Positions 56,682 to 64,000 of a stretch of DNA of 64,000 nt are shown here, one piece after another. The notes beneath the pieces were generated by a model. That model searched no databases. It was not told the DNA's origin and worked only from the letters and a program-made list of their open reading frames with translations. The position numbers and the translations under genes were made by a program. The first letter of the stretch is position 1, and each line of letters begins with the position of its first letter. The DNA is from Arenicellales bacterium (GTDB lineage Bacteria > Pseudomonadota > Gammaproteobacteria > Arenicellales > JAJDZL01), in NCBI GenBank assembly GCA_965219265.1, contig OZ244730.1:2833834-2897833 (forward strand). Direction: 5' to 3'.

Positions 56682-58619
56682 TTATTTGCTTCTATTGAGC
56701 TGTCGGAAGCCGCATGCATTCAAAAACTCCCATGTTTCGTCGAGTATCTCATAAGGTGGAACAAATACTACGTGCGCATCACGTCCTCTAGTCAGCAGTA
56801 CACGGTAAGCATTGGCACGCAACTGAAACGGATTATGCACCTTTGTTCCCTTTCTGTAATTTCTTGATTTTTCGATAGACCATTGGCCGGATTTCAAAAA
56901 GAAATCGGTTCCCCAAGCAAGCAGTACGGCATCTAGTTCCAAACCTTGCGCCGCGAATTCCGTTATGCAAATTTCAAGATGACGACAGGACAATCTGCCA
57001 GTGGAATCTTCGCTGTCGTAATACCAGGGACCAACTCTCACGCTCTTTGTATTTTGGAAATCGTTTTGAATCCCCAATTCCTCCAGGTCCTTGTCACGGC
57101 TGGACGCGATCAATCCGTATCGTGCTTTATGAAATGATCCATATCGATCGGCAAGGTATTTCTTGGCTACACCAAGATCGCGCGTAATCCAAAGATCGTG
57201 GCGGTCCTCGAATTCCTTTGCAATGGCTGTCAGCTCTTTGGAATTCGGGTTTTTCTGCACCAGTTTGGACACGAACTCATGGAGATGAGATGCAAAATGC
57301 GATCTGATTGTCTGATTTAGACTCAGCTCTGGAGATTCAATAAAACTGAGCTGCTGAAAGTGTTCACTCGTTTCCTTTGCTCCGTAAACAGTCCAATCCT
57401 GCGTGCGTGGGCTGTTTGCAATTGCATCTGCCCAAAGTCCCAATCCACCCTCTTCGCCAGTATTTATTTCCTGACCACTGCCGATCAGACCAACAATGAC
57501 TGACCAATCCGGAATGCGCTCTGCAAATTCGACCAGGTAATCCGGTTCAGTGTGCGCTTTTTCAAGGTTTACCTTGTGAACGTTTGCTACTTGATCTCGG
57601 TCATGAGCACGTTGGGCTTCATCAAACACCAAAACCCGTTCACTTGGCACCAGAGATTTTGACTTGCTATATCTTTTTACATACTGTTTGATTGCCCGTA
57701 CAAAGACTTTGCCAGAACCGTTTTCTGTCCTTAGTACATACTGAAGTACTTCAACCAGCGGGCCATTGCCAGACAAAAATATGGATTGTACACCTTGGTC
57801 TACTCCAGCCAGACTTTCAAGTTCTGGCATGTGAACGAGCCGAAGCCCGACCAAAGTTTTTCCCGAACCCGGAACTCCAGTGAGTAATACGAGCTTGCGA
57901 GTTTTTGTCTCATAAGCCTCTGCAATGATGTTTCTGATAAAAGTAACCGCACTGTCGGTATTGGCCACTGATTTCCAAATCTGCGGGACAGTTCTGTTTT
58001 TGAAAAGTTCAATCGCTGCACGTACCAGAGACGGAAGCGGCTGATAAGCTTGGGCACTAAGAAATTGCTCAGGATTTATCGGATCAGGATATTTTCGCGT
58101 CTCAAGATCTGCCACCAGTGAATCCAGTCGATCGGGACTGCATACATAGACATCCCGTTCTTTTTTACATTGACTGGGCATTCGTTCGGGCACAAGAACT
58201 GGGTACACTTCCCTTTGGTGGCAGTGTTTATGGTAAAAACGAAGATCGCGAGCATAGGCTCGTGCTTGATCAACATCAGCGTCTGTGGAGTCAGTTTTAC
58301 CTTTCAGTTCGATTACTACGACACCGTCGTGAAGCAGGAGTACAGCGTCTGCGCGACGCGATTCCATGGGAAGTTCATATTCCAGCACTGCAGTGAAGGA
58401 ATTGAATCCGGCGTCTACTTCAACAATTTCCCCAATTTCACGTTGAAGTTTCGGGACAGTTCTGTTCCACGAGCTGACTTCCGAATCGGATGAATCTGGA
58501 TAATTGTCGCGCAGGCATTTAAGAATTAACGACTTGGATGCACTTTGGAATTCTTGAAAATCAGAGTCCCACCCATGGTGTGCTTGCCTGCTGCGGTCTT
58601 GCGATTGTTCCAATTTCAA
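56682..58619 (-). CDS. DUF2075-type protein: N-terminal PD-(D/E)xK-like nuclease module fused to a P-loop NTPase/helicase-like core
   Basis: ESRRADAVLLLHDGVVVIELKGK (D...E-x-K pattern), Walker A LLTGVPGSGKT, Walker B VLVFDEAQRA, C-terminal RVLLTRGRDAHVVF (UvrD-C-like). Confidence 0.7.
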   Translation of the reverse strand: MKLEQSQDRSRQAHHGWDSDFQEFQSASKSLILKCLRDNYPDSSDSEVSSWNRTVPKLQREIGEIVEVDAGFNSFTAVLEYELPMESRRADAVLLLHDGVVVIELKGKTDSTDADVDQARAYARDLRFYHKHCHQREVYPVLVPERMPSQCKKERDVYVCSPDRLDSLVADLETRKYPDPINPEQFLSAQAYQPLPSLVRAAIELFKNRTVPQIWKSVANTDSAVTFIRNIIAEAYETKTRKLVLLTGVPGSGKTLVGLRLVHMPELESLAGVDQGVQSIFLSGNGPLVEVLQYVLRTENGSGKVFVRAIKQYVKRYSKSKSLVPSERVLVFDEAQRAHDRDQVANVHKVNLEKAHTEPDYLVEFAERIPDWSVIVGLIGSGQEINTGEEGGLGLWADAIANSPRTQDWTVYGAKETSEHFQQLSFIESPELSLNQTIRSHFASHLHEFVSKLVQKNPNSKELTAIAKEFEDRHDLWITRDLGVAKKYLADRYGSFHKARYGLIASSRDKDLEELGIQNDFQNTKSVRVGPWYYDSEDSTGRLSCRHLEICITEFAAQGLELDAVLLAWGTDFFLKSGQWSIEKSRNYRKGTKVHNPFQLRANAYRVLLTRGRDAHVVFVPPYEILDETWEFLNACGFRQLNRSK

Positions 58620-58833
58620 TGTTCCTTTTCAATATAAGTACAAATCAATACAGTGCATGACCACATGAAGTGAAAATGTAGGATTCACACTGATTCAGTG
58701 CAATTATAGTAATCCGATCACAATTGGTGACATTGCTGCTTCAATCGGGAATAGTCCTGTACATATAATGTTGACACTCGATATACGAAAGAATTACCTG
58801 TCGAACTGTAAGATCACAAATGAGGAGATGTAA

Positions 58834-60192
58834 ATGGACACCATAAAGTATCAATTGAGTGAAGCCGAAATTCCAAAATCTTGGTACAACATCACTGCCG
58901 ACCTTCCACAGCCACCTCCGCCGGTAATCCATCCAGGCACAGGTCAGCCTGTGGGTCCTGATGATCTTGCTCCACTGTTTCCGATGGAGATTATCCTGCA
59001 GGAAGTCAGCGCCGAACGTTATATTCAAATTCCAGAACCGGTAAGGGATATTCTCAAACAATGGCGCCCGAGTCCACTGTTTCGAGCTCGACGACTGGAG
59101 AAAGCACTCGACACCCCTGCACGAATCTACTACAAGTACGAAGGTGTAAGCCCTGCCGGCTCACACAAACCCAACACTGCGGTAGCCCAGGCATTCTATT
59201 CAAAGAATGAGGGCGTGAAACGCATCGCCACCGAAACCGGAGCAGGTCAATGGGGTTCGGCACTGGCACTGGCCGGATCGTTGTTCGATCTTGAAATCGA
59301 AGTATTCATGGTAAGAATCAGTTACGACCAAAAACCCTACCGCCGCGCCTTCATGGAGAGCTTCGGTGCCAGTTGTACTGCCAGTCCAAGCGACACGACG
59401 AATTCCGGACGGGCGATTCTGGAACAAGATCCTGACAGTACCGGGAGTCTCGGAATTGCCATAAGCGAGGCGGTTGAAACTGCTGCTCAGCGAGAGGACA
59501 CAAAATATGCACTCGGCAGCGTTTTGAATCACGTCCTGCTGCACCAGACGGTGATTGGCCAAGAGGCGATCAAGCAGTTCGAAATGGCTGATGACTATCC
59601 GGATGTCGTTGTCGGATGTACCGGCGGCGGCAGCAACTTCTCAGGTTTGGCGTTTCCGTTTTTGGGTGAACAGTTTCGAGGCGGAAAGCGAGTGGACTTC
59701 ATCGCTGTTGAACCGTCAAATTGCCCATCTCTGACCAAAGGTAAATATGCTTATGATTTTGGAGATACTGCCAATCTGACACCCCTTGTGAAAATGCATA
59801 CGCTCGGTTCAAAATTCGTCCCCCCAGGATTTCATGCAGGCGGACTTCGCTATCACGGCATGGCGCCACTGGTGAGTCTGGTTACGGACCTCGGCTTTGT
59901 TCGCCCGCGATCTTATACGCAGCTCAAGTGTTTTGATTCGGGGATTCAGTTCGCCCGCAGCGAAGGAATTCTACCGGCGCCGGAAGCCAATCACGCAGTA
60001 GCCGCAGTGATTGAGGAAGCAAACCGATGCAAGGCAGAAGGCACACCGCGGTCGATTCTGTTCAATCTATGCGGCCACGGGTATTTTGACATGCAAGCTT
60101 ATACGGACTATTTCTCCGGCAACATGCATGAACAGAATTATTCCGAAGAAGAAGTTGCAATGGCGTTGGCTGGACTGCCATCCGTTGCCTAG
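58834..60192 (+). CDS. TrpB-like PLP-dependent enzyme (tryptophan synthase beta, type 2), stand-alone
   Basis: 452 aa with YKYEGVSPAGSHKPNTA (PLP lysine) and GCTGGGSNFSG. No trpA is adjacent. Confidence 0.85.
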   Translation: MDTIKYQLSEAEIPKSWYNITADLPQPPPPVIHPGTGQPVGPDDLAPLFPMEIILQEVSAERYIQIPEPVRDILKQWRPSPLFRARRLEKALDTPARIYYKYEGVSPAGSHKPNTAVAQAFYSKNEGVKRIATETGAGQWGSALALAGSLFDLEIEVFMVRISYDQKPYRRAFMESFGASCTASPSDTTNSGRAILEQDPDSTGSLGIAISEAVETAAQREDTKYALGSVLNHVLLHQTVIGQEAIKQFEMADDYPDVVVGCTGGGSNFSGLAFPFLGEQFRGGKRVDFIAVEPSNCPSLTKGKYAYDFGDTANLTPLVKMHTLGSKFVPPGFHAGGLRYHGMAPLVSLVTDLGFVRPRSYTQLKCFDSGIQFARSEGILPAPEANHAVAAVIEEANRCKAEGTPRSILFNLCGHGYFDMQAYTDYFSGNMHEQNYSEEEVAMALAGLPSVA

Positions 60193-60307
60193 CATTTCGA
60201 CACAGGCATGTTGATGTGAATAGCTTCGATTTGGTGGAGCTGGCTGACTCCCGCAATTTGAACAAACAATTCTGAATATCGCATTGATAATTATTTAATT
60301 GTCGGTG

Positions 60308-60335
60308 TTGACATCAACATTTTTGTCCTTATAAT
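60308..60335 (+). promoter_or_regulatory. Near-consensus sigma70 promoter for groESL
   Basis: TTGACA (60308-60313), 16-nt spacer, TATAAT (60330-60335). Confidence 0.7.
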
Positions 60336-60338
60336 TTA

Positions 60339-60365
60339 CTAGCACTCAATCAAGGTGAGTGCTAA
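60339..60365 (+). promoter_or_regulatory. CIRCE element (HrcA operator)
   Basis: ctAGCACTC-aatcaaggt-GAGTGCTAA vs the consensus TTAGCACTC-N9-GAGTGCTAA (17/18 match, exact N9 spacing), 3 nt downstream of the -10 box. Confidence 0.85.
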
Positions 60366-60531
60366 CAATCCTTGATTCGAGTGTGGTCAGGGTTCGTATT
60401 CTTCTGTATTCTTGGCAATATGTCAAAGCGGTTGCAATTGATGCCTGATTCAAGTAAGGCAATTTGTGCAAATTTGATTATGAAATTGTCTCTTAACTTA
60501 TTTTTTATTCAATCCAAAACTGGAGGTATGC

Positions 60532-62488
<1,957 letters not shown>

Positions 62489-62511
62489 TCAGCCGTTTTT
62501 CGGAATGAAAA

Positions 62512-62538
62512 AGCCCTGCTTCGGCAGGGCTTTTTTTT
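62512..62538 (+). terminator. Rho-independent terminator of groESL
   Basis: agccctgc-ttcg-gcagggct followed by tttttttt. Confidence 0.9.
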
Positions 62539-62582
62539 GGAACACAAATAGAAGTTAGCTGCAGTGAAATGAAAAACTTTCC

Positions 62583-62891
62583 TCAAGAAAACGACATCCT
62601 AGCTATAAATTTGAAATGTTCCAGTTTATTGAAACTCAAAATAAAGCATTCAATGAAGGACGATTTGGCGTCGCGTGACTGAAATGGAAGCTGCCACTGC
62701 CGATTGGAATTCCAGTACCCATCATCTTGCTTTATTAAGCACAATGGTGCTAAACAAAGCGGGGCTAATGTCTGGGAGCAACCATTGAAATTCCCGGATT
62801 CGGGGGAATTTGATACTGTTTCGCACGAATGTCCGGCGGCATCGTCAATCGTCAAAGCTACTCTGGCGGATTGATCAGCTGAATCTTCCAC
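62583..62891 (-). CDS. Hypothetical ORF downstream of ccoS (doubtful)
   Basis: GTG start 8 nt after the ccoS stop. No recognisable motif and unremarkable composition. Confidence 0.25.
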   Translation of the reverse strand: MEDSADQSARVALTIDDAAGHSCETVSNSPESGNFNGCSQTLAPLCLAPLCLIKQDDGYWNSNRQWQLPFQSRDAKSSFIECFILSFNKLEHFKFIARMSFS

Positions 62892-62899
62892 ACCATCGC

Positions 62900-63082
62900 T
62901 CAGCTGTGGCGCTCCCGTGCATCATCCTCTGCCGAGTCCGGATCATCTTCGTCCATCAGTATGCGATGCGCTGGACCTTCAAGATCATCGTATTGCCCGC
63001 TTCGCACCGACCAAATAAAAAAAACCGCCAGCACGATTGCAACGAGAACTGCGATTGGCAGCATAAAATACAGAATTTCCAT
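62900..63082 (-). CDS. ccoS: cbb3-type cytochrome oxidase maturation protein CcoS/FixS
   Basis: 60 aa: MEILYFMLPIAVLVAIVLAVFFIWSVRSGQYDDLEGPAHRIL. Confidence 0.88.
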   Translation of the reverse strand: MEILYFMLPIAVLVAIVLAVFFIWSVRSGQYDDLEGPAHRILMDEDDPDSAEDDARERHS

Positions 63083-63162
63083 CGTTCAGTCCACCACACA
63101 TCCCTTTGCTTTGTGTGGGTTGTGTTTTTGCTTGATCAATGGTTCAGCGGATAAAGACAATG

Positions 63163-64000
63163 CTAGCGACATGCTCTTGCAATTCTAAGAGAATTACAGA
63201 CAACCAAAAGCGAACTGATGGACATTCCAACGGCAGCGACAATCGGTGGAACATAACCCGCAGCCGCAAGTGAAATTCCTGCCAGATTATAGACGACTGC
63301 CCAAAACGCATTTTGACGCATAATTCGTGTGGCGACCTCGGCGCCTTTGCGAGCCAAAATCAGTATATCCAACCGATCCGGCAGCAACACCACATCGGAA
63401 CTGATTTTCACAGCCTGCAAAGCCCCTGCAGGTGCAATCGACACATCTGCCGCCGCTAGAACCGGTCCGTCATTGATTCCATCACCCATCATCGCCACAC
63501 ACCGTCCCTGTTTCTGATAACCGCGGATAATTTCAAGTTTGTCTTTCGGCGAACATCCCCACATCACATTCGATATGCCAACACATGATGCGATGCGCTT
63601 GGCTTCTGATTCGCGGTCTCCAGTAACCAAAGTCACTTGCGCGTCGATTTGGGTGAGTTCTTTGATGACTTCCTCGGCGTTTTCGCGCACCGCATCCTCG
63701 AAGTGAAATTTCGCCAGCACCCCTTGTTCATCGGCCAGGTAAGCGACGAGCCCCGACTGCTCCGGTCCGCTGTCAATGTCGGACCGCTGAATTTCGTTTT
63801 CGATGAATTGTCTGGAACCAAGAAAATATTCTATTTCATTGACCTCTCCGCGAATGCCACCACCCGGCACGTTGACTGGTTGATGGGCGGTAAATGCGCT
63901 GTCAGATGATTTCGATTGAACAAGCGCACGTGCCACCGGATGCTCCGAAGCGTGTGCAAGAGCGACGGCGATCTTCAGCGTAAACTCACGCATATTGGAA
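63163..64000 (-). CDS. ccoI: Heavy-metal/copper-translocating P-type ATPase (CcoI/FixI-like), C-terminal part only; continues past the window end
   Basis: VTGDRESEAKRIA and MMGDGINDGPVLAAADVSIA hinge motif, final two TM segments, upstream of ccoS. The frame is open to nt 64000. Confidence 0.85.
   Translation of the reverse strand, partial: SNMREFTLKIAVALAHASEHPVARALVQSKSSDSAFTAHQPVNVPGGGIRGEVNEIEYFLGSRQFIENEIQRSDIDSGPEQSGLVAYLADEQGVLAKFHFEDAVRENAEEVIKELTQIDAQVTLVTGDRESEAKRIASCVGISNVMWGCSPKDKLEIIRGYQKQGRCVAMMGDGINDGPVLAAADVSIAPAGALQAVKISSDVVLLPDRLDILILARKGAEVATRIMRQNAFWAVVYNLAGISLAAAGYVPPIVAAVGMSISSLLVVCNSLRIARACR

Noticed and set aside
62810-63188. 114-aa and 75-aa plus-strand ORFs overlapping ccoS
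   Set aside because: They lie opposite the clear CcoS ORF and have no motifs or a plausible ribosome-binding context.

Overview
Chromosomal window from a moderately low-GC proteobacterium. The backbone is housekeeping: a truncated coiled-coil repeat gene, mnmG-rsmG-parA-parB, bamC-like, tesA-like, a BCCT transporter with an orphan binding protein, ybbA/ybbP-like ABC genes, mlaD-mlaB-ibaG-grxD-murA, hisGDC, hisBHAFIE, tatABC, proVWX, a small catabolic cluster, coaE, mnmA, wrbA, a trpB2-type gene, groESL behind a CIRCE operator, and ccoS/ccoI. The main accessory feature is a ~16.6-kb island (about 21.5-38.1 kb) with no integrase, inserted exactly between hisC and hisB and co-oriented with the his operon. 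Its core reads as a single-stranded DNA phosphorothioation defence locus. This comprises cysteine desulfurase (SspA), DUF4007 (SspB), a large P-loop ATPase (SspC), a PP-loop/PAPS-reductase-like protein (SspD), and a DUF262+DUF1524 nuclease (SspE). Directly upstream on the same strand is a tightly packed trio: SF2 helicase, GHKL ATPase and single-HKD PLD nuclease. I interpret the trio as a second PT-dependent restriction module, either SspFGH-like or new. The distal end of the island is a decay zone holding an AbiEi/AbiEii remnant, an IS5-family element with an in-frame stop, an IS21 IstB tail and an enolase-superfamily gene fragment. Other points of interest are near-identical 231/462-bp coding tandem repeats at the window start, a stand-alone DUF2075-type nuclease-NTPase gene, a proline-racemase-family enzyme with a Ser/Cys catalytic pair inside an osmolyte uptake/catabolism cluster, and a textbook sigma70 promoter plus CIRCE upstream of groES. 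All calls come from reading motifs in the supplied translations and the DNA. No database search or composition calculation was run.
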